NCBI GenBank assembly: GCA_013115125.1
Contig: JABANN010000259.1
Span: 1-46,513 of the forward strand
Direction: 5' to 3'
From: Perkinsus olseni
Taxonomy: Eukaryota
DNA length: 46,513 bases
Below the pieces are notes generated by a model. It was given only the letters and a program-made list of their open reading frames with translations, searched no databases and was not told where the DNA came from. The position numbers and the translations under genes were made by a program. This document shows, in pieces, positions 12,047-22,325 of the stretch; position 1 is the stretch's first letter, and every line of letters starts with the position of its first letter.

Positions 12047-14203
12047 CTACGCATCGAGCATCTCACAGTCGGCCTCGGACTCGGGTTCTTCCTTCACGAC
12101 CGGCAGCGCTCGCCACAGAGGAGCACCTCGCACTGGATGGCCCGAGCCTTCTCCGACCAGCAGATCGATAGTCCAACGCCCACTAGCCCTGATCACGAGC
12201 CGGCCTCCGGAAGGGCTGTCGGACTCCAGTTTCACCGGGAAGATCTCCGTCGGGGAGTGATTGTGGCTAACGCCGATCTCGACACGGGCGAACTTGTCCG
12301 TACCGGCGGAGGTAAGGACCAACGCTAGCAGGTCTACCTGGTGCATTCTGTACGTATCCATCTTGTCGGGCTTCCCGCGGTTCCACTTTACACCATCACT
12401 GTTGAACCCAACGGAATTCCGACAACCTTGTCTCTTACCCTGCTTGGCCCCGGGGTACTTCCTCCGGCACACGCAAGATGGAAGATCGCATTCGGTCAGA
12501 CCTATGCTGAGGTTCCCTTCGAGCTCCGCCAGCCTCAAGAGAATCTTCTGCGGCCCTACAGCCCGTCCTTGCGAGCGCTTGAGCGTGAACTCAGCACCGT
12601 GCCAAGCAAGAGGCTCCTGTTGATCGTGGTTTCCGCCGGAAGTAAGCTTCCACCCACGACTAGTTGAGTTCTCCTGGTAGTCCACAGTCTCATCCAGCCG
12701 AGAGAGGACCAGCTCATCGCGGCTGAGATCAGGAATACCCTCCAGGCTGCTGATGGTGGGAGTGTCGAGACGCGGAAGATACCGCGGTCGTACTTCGCGT
12801 GGTCGTGCCCTGTCGGCATCCGCCGCTGCATAACGACGAGCCACGCTCTCAGAGGAGCCTGCGAGACCCTCTAGTAGAGGATCGTCAACGTATGGAGCCC
12901 GGGATACCTCCAAGAAGCCCGAGCACTCATCCGTGGTGACGCTGACAAAGAAGGAGAAGGGTTTGTACGTGACCACCCCCGGCTCAAGTCTAATGGAGAC
13001 CTCCGTGCCGGGCTCGAGGACAACATCGCTCTGGGCCCCCGCGCTGGGGGATGAAATCAGAGCTGCTCGCCGACGGAGCTGAAAGAAATGCCAATAAACG
13101 CTCTCGAGCTTTCGAGAGAAGTCTGAAGCATCCTCACTCTACCAGAAGTGAGTGCACAGGAGAGAAGAATGTCGTGCCCAAACGAAGAACTCCGATGAGG
13201 AAGATGGAGAGATCTCACCTTAGCAGCCATGGCTGGAAGCCCTTCTGTGGTTCTTAAAGCCTCCTGAATCTCATCATTCTTCACCTGCCCGAGCTTCGCC
13301 GCCTGCGCAGGGCTCATCTTCATCAGTTCGAAGTGCTCCCGCACATACTGGACCCATCGAACCTTCATATCCTAAGGACATGGCGACAGGGAAGCTCTCG
13401 GCAGAGGGGGGTGAGGGGTAAGCTTGGTCGTATTTTACGAAGCACCACAATGACCGTAGACGACAAGGAAGGGAACCTACCTCATCAACAAGCCTTGGAA
13501 CCATCCGGGCGTCCTCCTTGACCATTATCACCTCGGGGTTATCGACCAACTTGACCCAGTCGGAGCTCTTTGGATTGCCCAAAGGAACACCGATGAGTAC
13601 GTCCTTCACGAAGGCGGCCATCATGTCCCTCAGAGAAGCGTTAAACTGGGACACAACCCCCTCCTCTTCGCCAGCCGGACCACGCTTTCCACTCTTACGG
13701 AGTCCTTCGAGCGACTTCCGAAAAGCAACCTTCACTGCTTTATCGCTGGACTTCACGATATGCTGTGCACCGTTACTGTCGAACCTCCTGAGCGTATTCC
13801 TCGTCAGCATGAAGACGGTGCCGTCAACGCAGGAGAACAGGAGATGGTAATGCCTGGTTTTGCCGTGCTTCCGTGCGATGGCTTTGGTTATCCCACCATG
13901 CCCGAGGAGCTCCTCCCGCCACTCATGATTGGCCACGAAGATTCGCCAGTCGAAGCCGCCAGGGCTGCTTGGCAGTGGCAGCTCGATCTCCAACGGAGCA
14001 GCCGCTGCATCCTCAATCGCGCCATTTATCGCCTTGCGGCACTGTTCCCAGCTCGGAACTTGGTTCCACGGGCGGAGATACTTCGTGTAGCTTGCGGAAG
14101 GGTGACTGTCAGGAGCGAGGAGGATGGAAGGATCGTGCGGGGGCTGAACCATTGCTGGGGACATAAGGAACTGGCAGAGGAGAATCATCTCAGGTGATGG
14201 CAC
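12047..14203 (-). CDS. Hypothetical protein with C-terminal SPRY/B30.2-like domain, multi-exon
   Basis: Two 309-aa ORFs (13274-14203, 12047-12976) are joined through short exons. The C-terminal part (LSIGLTECDL...KYPG...NSVGFNSDGVKW...YRMHQVDLLALVL) follows the SPRY IGL/PG/SxG/GK/DxIG pattern. The start codon is uncertain (ATG at 14238, 14231 or 14188). Confidence 0.55.
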
Positions 14204-14569
14204 TTGTGCAGTTCAGGATGAGAGTTACCATATTTCATAGCGTGACGGCGACTGACTGGAGCGCCTTCGCCTTCGCATTTTACTTGTCACGATCGAAGGC
14301 TTCTGGGTTCCAGGGAGACCAGCACAGATCGATACGCAGCCAACAGTCGAATAGAGACGAGGCTGCCCACCTAAGTTGGACTATCCCGTCTCCAGCTCCT
14401 CCGCCGATAGTCTGGCATCACTGATACAATTCACGTGCCGCTAGACTACTTGAGATCCTCTCGAAACACTGTTGGCCCCTACCACACGCATGAACAGCGG
14501 TTAGGATGCCAGAGTCGAGTTGCTAACATTCTGGCTGGTCGGATTCACAATCAAGCGGGATTTTTTAAA

Positions 14570-15310
14570 GGGGACCGCCCATCGCGGATCGCCCATTCAG
14601 TGAGTACCAATGCATGCATCAGTTTCATCCACGGCTGTGCGGTGAATGAGCCTCGACTGCGTGTGAAGGTGTAGCCATAGAGCAAGCTCTAGGACGAACT
14701 CGAGTGAACACGCCACGCACGGGAATGGGAAACGGTCGGGCGATCGAGCGAGCACGGGGTCGTGGGTGCTGCCGTGGCTTGGCCTTCCCCCTGCCGCTGG
14801 TTGGACGACACTCTGATATTAGACCCAGTTAAGGGACAGTTCGAAAAGGTCACCCATCTTCCGTCTTTATTTTTTCCCTTAGTGTTGGAGAGGGCGTTCA
14901 CTCCGGTGTGGGGAGTATGGTCGTCTAGCGGTAGGCGACCAGGGGCCTTAGCCATCGGTGGCGGAGGCTAGGACGTACGCCAAGGCGGCGACACTTCGGG
15001 TCAAACAAGTGTGGCGTCGCCTGGGTTGGCGTGATGGGCACCGGAGATGAACGCGTCAGCTCAGCGGTGGAAGCGAAGGAGCTTACCGCTGGCTGACCAA
15101 TTCCCGATACCTCCCAACTCTAGGATAGCGGGTGTAAGGGTCACGAGAGGAGGAGTTGAACAATACCCTAGCGACTCGCGTCGACAGCTCCTGTCGAGTG
15201 CGGGACACCGTGCTGCGCAACCCATGACCGTTTCAGCACGCTGATCGTGACGCGTGCAACCAACTGGGAACATCGGAAGCCGGTTCACGAGGAACCAATC
15301 CTTGACCTCA
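14570..15310 (+). ncRNA. Candidate large structured non-coding RNA of unknown family
   Basis: More than ten mutually compatible nested helices found by eye, e.g. 14894-14908/15039-15054, 14729-14737/15226-15234, 14977-14996/15007-15032, 15055-15074/15081-15097. Imperfect pairs are mostly G-U on the + strand. No credible spliced coding gene. Ends are approximate. Confidence 0.6.
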
Positions 15311-15343
15311 AGCGAACGAAAGGTACTGAAGAAGACACAACAC

Positions 15344-15348
15344 AAAAA
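15344..15348 (-). terminator. Pol III oligo-T terminator of tRNA-Ile
   Basis: TTTTT on the minus strand immediately after the discriminator base. Confidence 0.85.
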
Positions 15349-15422
15349 TGGTCGATGCAGGGCTCGAACCTGCGACCCTCGCGTTATTAGCACGATGCTC
15401 TAACCGACTGAGCTAAACGACC
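15349..15422 (-). tRNA. tRNA-Ile (anticodon AAT), intronless
   Basis: The reverse complement GGTCGTTTAGCTCAGTCGGTTAGAGCATCGTGCTAATAACGCGAGGGTCGCAGGTTCGAGCCCTGCATCGACCA folds as a cloverleaf with A-box, B-box (GGTTCGAGCC) and AAT anticodon. Confidence 0.97.
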
Positions 15423-15885
15423 GATGATGCTAGAAGCAATATGATAGATTTCACCCCACGAATGCCGCAGCCCAGAAATCAAGAGACTGTATCTCATCTT
15501 TGCTCGAGAGGGAAGTCTACAGGCGGGATCTAATACGCAACAGTCAGACGCACCGAACTACCGTTCCTTTTCCGGCCAGCACCTACTAGAATACAGACAG
15601 TGAGGTCACTCGACTAGGCGTGGAGCGCGCCCCCCGGCGAAGACGGGAGCCCGTCGACATTTTTCACTCGCGCGCGCCGCTGCACGCGTGCGGGCCGAGC
15701 TCGAAAATCTTGTACGTTGCCTTGAAGCCAGGCTGGCAAGTTAATGTGATATGCTCAACCGAGCTACTTACAGGACTCGTAGTGGAGAATCCCTACGGAC
15801 CCCATCCTCGCTGAACCAACCGAGAATTGCATACTGAGCACAGATACATAAGTACATTAACAAACAGCTTTAACAGGACAAGTCA

Positions 15886-17404
15886 TCATTTACGAGAATA
15901 GATATCAACTGCCTTCCGCAAAGTTCCGTAGGAGGGCCGGAAAGGAATTTCGCCGCCACTTGTCCGTACCCGAGGCGTCAGTTGCCGGTGTCCACCTTTC
16001 GGTTGCGCTCCGTACACCTTTGAGCTGCCCAAGGCAGCGGCAACCGGTAATTCAGGGATGACGGGCAGCTTTCGTTCAGCCAGCGGCGTCTCGTGCGCCG
16101 CTGAGTACTTCACCAACGCACCGATCTTCGACACACCGGCGGAAACCTGCTAACGAGCCAGTCAAACTTCGGCGGAGGAGCAACTTTTTCAACTCGACCA
16201 ACCGGGGGGATCGGTTCAGTGCCGAAGCGTTAGCTCTGCAACTAACACCACTAATCAATGCCTCCCTAAGGGTCAGTGTTTACCCCGATCCGACACACCT
16301 GTTTCAGTCTCGCAGTCGTCGAATCCAAATTCTTATTCGCAGCAATGAGTTTCCGCCGCAGATCTCCCGATCGACGTTTCTCTTCTCGCAGCTCTGTGCG
16401 CATTCGTTCCAGCTCACTACGCAGGAGAGCGTTGTCGTGTCTCAAATTTGATATAGTTGAATCTTGGGCGGACACCTGATTCGAATAAGCATGCTTGCAG
16501 CTTCGTAAGCGCCAGTGCAGAATAATTTAAACCTGCGCGATCTACCTCTATATATGCAGGAGAAAAACGCGACCTGCAGACTCCTAGAATATTCCTCTCA
16601 CCCGGGCATCCGCTTCTGTGAGTTTCCGCTGGAGGTAATAGACGTTGCTGCTCATGCCAGCCACTAGACGAGGCCGACGAGCTGAGTCAACTTTTACGTG
16701 GCGCTCCCGAGGCCTGTCGCCACGTGCAGCCGGGCACCTCGCGGATCCGATTCTCGTTACCTGGCATGAACAAATTCCAGAATACTCGAAGGTCTGTGCA
16801 CTTCGTTGGATCAGCTACTGTGCAACTGAATCTTAGTTCTTCACTCTCAGAAACATCATAGGACCGGTAAGGCTCTCTGGCCGCCACCTCACCTCGGTCG
16901 ATATTCGCTCGACATCATGGGCCAATTTCGACAAGATATCCAAGTCATCCGTGAGCTTTTGCTGAGCTCTGGCTGGGTCCCCACTCTCAGCCGGCGAGAG
17001 TTCCGGTGTGTCAGCGTTAGGCTCAGGCGATTCTCCAGTATTGCCAACCTCCACAGCATCGGATTCTGCCTCCGGAGACGCCTCTCCGTCACTCTTCACT
17101 AGCGGACTTCCCGCCCCTCCTGATCAGCACCAACTTAGTCAAGGAGGAGCCGCTAGGGACGCAGATTGCAATCTTCTGGGCGCCTCACCGCCAAAGACAC
17201 GCCACGTTCCCCATCCGTATCACCCGTTATGGAGCGCACTGTGACAACATCACTCTTAGGGTCCGGCCTAAGGGACACCTGAATAGGTGCGCTGCGTTTA
17301 GTCGGACTGGAGACCCCTCCCGGGGGGTTTTCTTGAGCGGATGACGATGGTGGCGAGTCGTTTGACGGGGGTCCCACAGATTTTGCAGGAGAGCAGTTGG
17401 ACAT
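15886..17404 (-). CDS. Hypothetical Ser/Pro-rich protein with coiled coil, multi-exon
   Basis: MSNCSPAKSVGPPS... at 17404. Coiled-coil exon SAQDSTISNLRHDNALLRSELERMRTELREEKRR... Last exon ...YGTLRKAVDIYSRK* ends at 15886. Confidence 0.55.
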
Positions 17405-17473
17405 ACACACAAAGGCTTAGAGAGATCACTCAGAGCAGGCTTGGTGATACGACCCAAGAACGACAGAGTGCTG

Positions 17474-17503
17474 GACTTTACCACGAATGACTTTACCACG
17501 AAT
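17474..17503. repeat. Perfect 15-bp tandem duplication (GACTTTACCACGAAT x2)
   Basis: Directly visible, ~70 bp upstream of the predicted ATG at 17404. Confidence 0.9.
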
Positions 17504-17907
17504 GCCATATGCGCTATGCAATCGCTACACTGCGATCCACGGTCGGTGAGCATACGAGGCCCCTGCAGGAATGCCAACAGAGGAAGAATGACCCACTGAT
17601 TTTAATGTATTGAGAATGACAACTCCGGAGTCTGGTAGACAATAATACCGATGCAATGGTAGCAATGTATCTACGAGATTCCCACCAGCGACTTGGTCGC
17701 AGCCGAAACTAGGGGATCCGGGAGTCTAATTGACCGCAACCACAAAAGAAAGGATACTATCGACTAGAAGAAACGATATGTTACGAGCGCTCAGTATAGC
17801 GGAAAACTATGCGACAAAATACGACACGGTTATCGACTTGTAACGTCACGAATACTACGACTTCGTAAATAACTAGTAATGCAATTGTACTTTTAAGGCA
17901 TCGAGGT

Positions 17908-19375
17908 CTAAGCCAGAGGCAGGAAGGGCCCCCCTGTAGGGACATCAGCACCTCGACCTCGTCCAGAGCGGGATGCCTGAGGGACTGGTCGCCGCCACCC
18001 CTGTATACAACCTCCCAGACAAACGTAGTGAAATGCTCGAGACGTCGTGCTGGCGATGTAGGATGCCAACTTCCGTGGCGACCGACGCGCCTTTGGAACT
18101 GCTCGGTGACGCGCGGCTTCTGAAGCCGGCAGAGCGCTTGACCGCCGTCTGGAAGCTAGCAAAAGATAATCCGTACCATAGTCGGACACATGAGATCGAG
18201 CCGAGTAGAAGGCGATATCTCCCCAAGTGGAGCCACGAGACCGAGCTCGGTAGGTGGTGACAGGAGGATACCCTGTTTGAATGACCGACTCCCACCACGG
18301 TGACAGGCACTTGTTCGCAATGAGCATGTCAAAGTAATACTCATTCGTCACCATATCCTTCATCACTATATGAACCGGCTGTGGACCAATAATCCGACTC
18401 AGGCTAGTGCCCGATGCTCCCAAAACTTTCCGGACGTCCCAAGTCGCAAAGTCACAGTACATAGAATAGTAACAGAAAGTATAAACCTTGCCAGGACTAA
18501 AGACATGATCTCGCGGTACCTTCCCTAGGAGGTCGGACCTCTGGCAGATATCCGGTGTATCAGGGTCACCAGGCTCATTACAGAGGATAGTGTCAGCGCA
18601 GTACATAGGGAAGAGGAAATGGAACTTATCTTGCGACGTTCCGTTCTCATCGACAGGAAGCGTCGAGTCCCCATCGTAATTACAATCTAGCGGATAGCCC
18701 TTGACTCCGCTTATACGTATTGCAACCGAAAGCATAATACGTACCACAGTCTTCGTAGCAAAGCCAAACTCAGGCAAGTCGTAGTCGACTTCGGCACCGA
18801 ACTGGACGGTGGGGGGCAGCCGTTGCTTGAACATGCCTTGCCACCGAAACTCCCATCGTCTGAAAGAACCCTGCAATCACAGCATTTCGACCGACGGAGC
18901 GGCGCGAGACAGAACATGAAAATGAACCTGTCAGATCGATATACCGCAAAACAGTCGGACCGGAGAACCCTGGATCTTTGGTATTACACGAACGAACTAT
19001 TTCAAAGAGACTAAGCAAGAAAGCCACGCCTTCCACAGTTAAACCCTGACCGACCGTCGCCCGGGCGTCGATTGACCCCCTCCGTTACTACCGTTGTTTC
19101 GGAGCCAAGTACGCCTCGTACGGCGAAGTCATGCTCTCGTCGACCGTTTTATGCATCACAACCGCAGTGCCGACGAAAAAATCATTCTCAATCTTGGTCG
19201 GCTGCGGATCATTAGAGAATATCCGACTCTTGTCGGACACCAGTCGCGGGTCCTTTGCCTTATGCAGGTCGTAGACCCCGAAGTAGTTGTCCAACGAGTC
19301 CGGTGCCTCCTCCGTTGGTGCTACTGACAGGGACTTGTAGACCGGAGTCGGGGACGGTGAGATGGATGAGTACAT
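17908..19375 (-). CDS. DUF1769-domain protein, paralogue A (exons 19375-19092, 18859-17908)
   Basis: KIENDFFVGTAVVMHK...YLAPKQR|RWEFRWQGMFK...VQFGAEVD...FSPGKVYTFCYYSMYCDFATWDV matches my recollection of DUF1769 motifs. A phase-2 GT-AG intron restores the frame. Confidence 0.8.
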
Positions 19376-19878
19376 CAGACAAAGAGGCCAAGCAACTGCA
19401 CAGTTCTAACGGTAATGCTGGATGCTTCAACTGGCGTAGCAGATCATATCCCGAGCGTTGTCATAAGGGGTTGATCAGAAGCATTTACAGTATTGGGGTA
19501 GCGGAAGTATTGGTCCGAGTAGAGCCACGAACGAGTTGTAGTCGCAGGACCTATACATGGTTTCTGCCTTGAGTGTTGAAGAAACATCGTGTGGAAGACG
19601 GGACGAGCAAGCGAAAATGGCAGTCTTGACGCACTTCGCTCCGCCTTAGCTAAAAGCGCCCGCCCTCGGGGAAATCTCACTTCCCAGTTTTTAATCCTGG
19701 GCAAATTCCCTATTCGTCTCCACGCTCTTGGAGCTTTCAAGGAAGCATGTTCACGCACCTGGGGTCGAGCTGGGAACAGTTGCCGATTGTACGATTGCTT
19801 CTGTCCTCCGTCGAGCATTTAAACCGACCTAATCATACCTCTCAGTTGGTAGTTTTGTTCAATAGATAATTTCTTCAC

Positions 19879-20747
19879 ATGTCTGGTAAGGGAAAGGGAG
19901 CGGTCCTTGAAGGACTGCACAAGGGTAGTAACATCATCACTGGGAATCGCCTCCTTCTCTGAGGACACTTGACGTTGGTTATGTGACCATCCATCTCACA
20001 CAGAGACTCCAACGGCTTTTTCGTATCTCGAGTGCCATCACTTAAATAGTTATTCACGGGTATTATTATCGGGTTCTGCCTCTACCTAAGCTGAGATTCA
20101 ATAACTACACCGGGCTCCGCGAACGTACAATTCGGCCTTGTTACGCGCTTCCTCTGTTTCCCAGATAAGAAGACTCGCTCCGCCAAGGCAGGTCTGCAGT
20201 TCCCTGTTGGACGAATCGCCCGTTACATGAAGCATGGCAGATACGCCAAGCGTGTCGGTAATCATAGGGTGCATCCGTTACCTCGCCTCGCAGTCGGACT
20301 GTAGATCTACTGAAGGAAAGCGCTGACCAGTGATATACTGATTGGAATAACCTTGGAGACTGGAAGCTCTCCGTCCCCATTCTAAGTTTCTCCTTCATAG
20401 GCGCTGGTGCTCCTGTATACATGGCTGCTGTACTAGAGTACTTGGTTGCTGAAATATTAGAGTTAGCCGGTAACGCTGCGCGGGACCATAAGAAGACTAG
20501 GATCAATCCTCGCCACATCCAGCTGGCAGTCAGGAATGATGAAGAACTCAATGAGTAAGCTAACGTCTCTTGAGCAACACGTGGACTCTTCCACGTTTGG
20601 AGATAGATCTCCGTTAGCACGAGCTTCAAGGTGGTTAATGTGCTCAGGTTCCTTAGTAACGTCACGATTGCCTCTGGTGGCGTACTGCCCAATATACACA
20701 CCAGCCTGCTCCCCAAGAAGAGTACTAAGAAGAGCTTGGAATACTAA
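19879..20747 (+). CDS. H2A: Histone H2A (H2A.X-like tail ending SLEY); exons 19879-19924, 20165-20257, 20401-20554, 20648-20747; 130 aa
   Basis: Spliced translation: [130 protein letters not shown]. Confidence 0.97.
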
Positions 20748-21097
20748 ATAACGTAGGGGTATCGCGAGGCTTACCAGTGGCGCGATCGTGACAGTTCGGA
20801 CAGGCTGATGGTTTCAGGCGCGGGAGGACCCCGTTGGAGAATGTACGGTTTCTACTGAAGTTCTTTCCTTTCGACTACATCTATAGTCTTGTTTCGAGAC
20901 TCAGCTGATGAGTGCCCGAGCTTCCTCGACGCAGGAACGCCGTCATTCGGATTAGACAATGCAGAAACACATTTGTTTCTGCGTGGACTCAAGTGATCCA
21001 TCTCTTGTAGTGTTGTCAATTGCCGGGTTTCTGGTGGGCTGGCATTCGCCGACCGGGCCGAGTAGGAACTCCTAAGGTTCGCTTTGGGGAACTCAAG

Positions 21098-22221
21098 ATG
21101 GCAGAGAGTGCAAACGTAGCGGAAGACGATGCTGATAGACACCTCGACAAGCTGCAGAAGGCCGTGAACAAGCTGGTGGGTGAGACGGCCAGCTACCGTG
21201 CTAGTAGTCGTGCCGGAGTGCAAGAAAGCGGAAGCACTCTTCGCCGTGGCATACCTTCTGACAGACTGACCTTATTGTTCAGGCGACTAAGGAAAGGATA
21301 TCAGAGGATTCTCTGCGGAGGCTAGACCGGCAGATATTCCTGACCGAGGAGGCCGTCGAGGCCTTGGCTTTAGACGCAATTCCTGAAGATAAAATCAACC
21401 AGCGGCGCACACGGTAGGGACCTTCAGTCTCCTATTTGCTTGAGAATCTGTAGGCAATCAGCCTTCTGGCTCTGAGGAGGGCCATCGACGCCGCGAGGCG
21501 AAACTTGGATCGGAAGTCAGTTCTCTCAAGCCGTGTAGATGACCTGCCACATGGCAGAATGGGAGCATACCAGGGCACAGAAGATCCTACACAAGTCTGC
21601 TACTGTTATGCGCGAATCCTGCACATGCGCGTTGGTTCAGGTTCAGACGAGCGCCCAGGCGGTCGAGTTGGGTCACGCCATAGTGAATCAGTCCGCGGAA
21701 TCTGTATCGCGGTAAGACACAGAGCGGCATCAAGGTTGTTCATCTACGAATCAGCACTAAAGCGATCGCTAATGAAGCTGAGGAGATCGGCCGGGGTACT
21801 CTGAACGAAATGCATAAACAGGAAGGGAAGGCTGAGATGGTAGTGGGAAAAAGGTGGAGACTCGACTAGTGTGTATCGAGTAGATCCTGGAGCACTTCGA
21901 CGTTATCGAATCCAACTTGAAGCGATCACGCAATGTGATGAAACAGATAGCACGAGGCGCGGCAAATGACAGGTAGCTGCGGAATCGTGGGCGCCGAGGA
22001 CACAGTGGTAAAAGGATTGTTTTCGTTTGATCTCTTATAGAGATTCTCTATCCCTGCTCTAACCAATTCGAGAGGATATCCGGACGACTCGTAGCTCTGG
22101 CAGATGCGTGCAAGTCCTCTGCGTGTTCATATTCATCGCCATTGTGGTTATCATCGTGCTCGACACCACGGGTGGAGACGGTGAAGTAGAAGAGAGCGAG
22201 TCTACTACGGTGTCTTTGTGA
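21098..22221 (+). CDS. Qb-SNARE, NPSN/Vti1-like, C-terminal transmembrane helix, multi-exon
   Basis: SNARE motif EAEEIGRGTLNEMHKQEGKAEM|ILEHFDVIESNLKRSRNVMKQIARGAAND|RCVQVLCVFIFIAIVVIIVL. The D-R/K-C followed by a TM helix is NPSN-like. Confidence 0.8.
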
Positions 22222-22325
22222 TGCTCCGTTTCATCCTGCCTTAATGCAGTATTCTGATTGGCTGGCGGTGTAGAGTTTTCCAACCTATGGTACAGCTCAC
22301 AAGTCAGCACTGTTCTCCTGTCCGC

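Noticed and set aside
14910-14923. GGGGAGTATGGTCG matches a conserved 18S rRNA stretch (recalled from memory)
   Set aside because: Only 14 nt match. The flanks lack the following CAAGGCTGAAAC, and part of it forms a different hairpin here. Not an rRNA gene.
14727-15110. RNase P CR-I/CR-V-like pair (GGGAAACGGTCGGG and ACCAATTCCCGATA)
   Set aside because: The match to consensus is poor, and the 5' element pairs better with 15226-34. It is kept only as a hypothesis for cmscan.
19040-19049. TAAACCCTGA telomere-template-like sequence
   Set aside because: A single short match antisense within the DUF1769-A intron, with no supporting RNA gene context.
20141-20716. 191-aa minus-strand ORF
   Set aside because: It is the antisense shadow of histone H2A.
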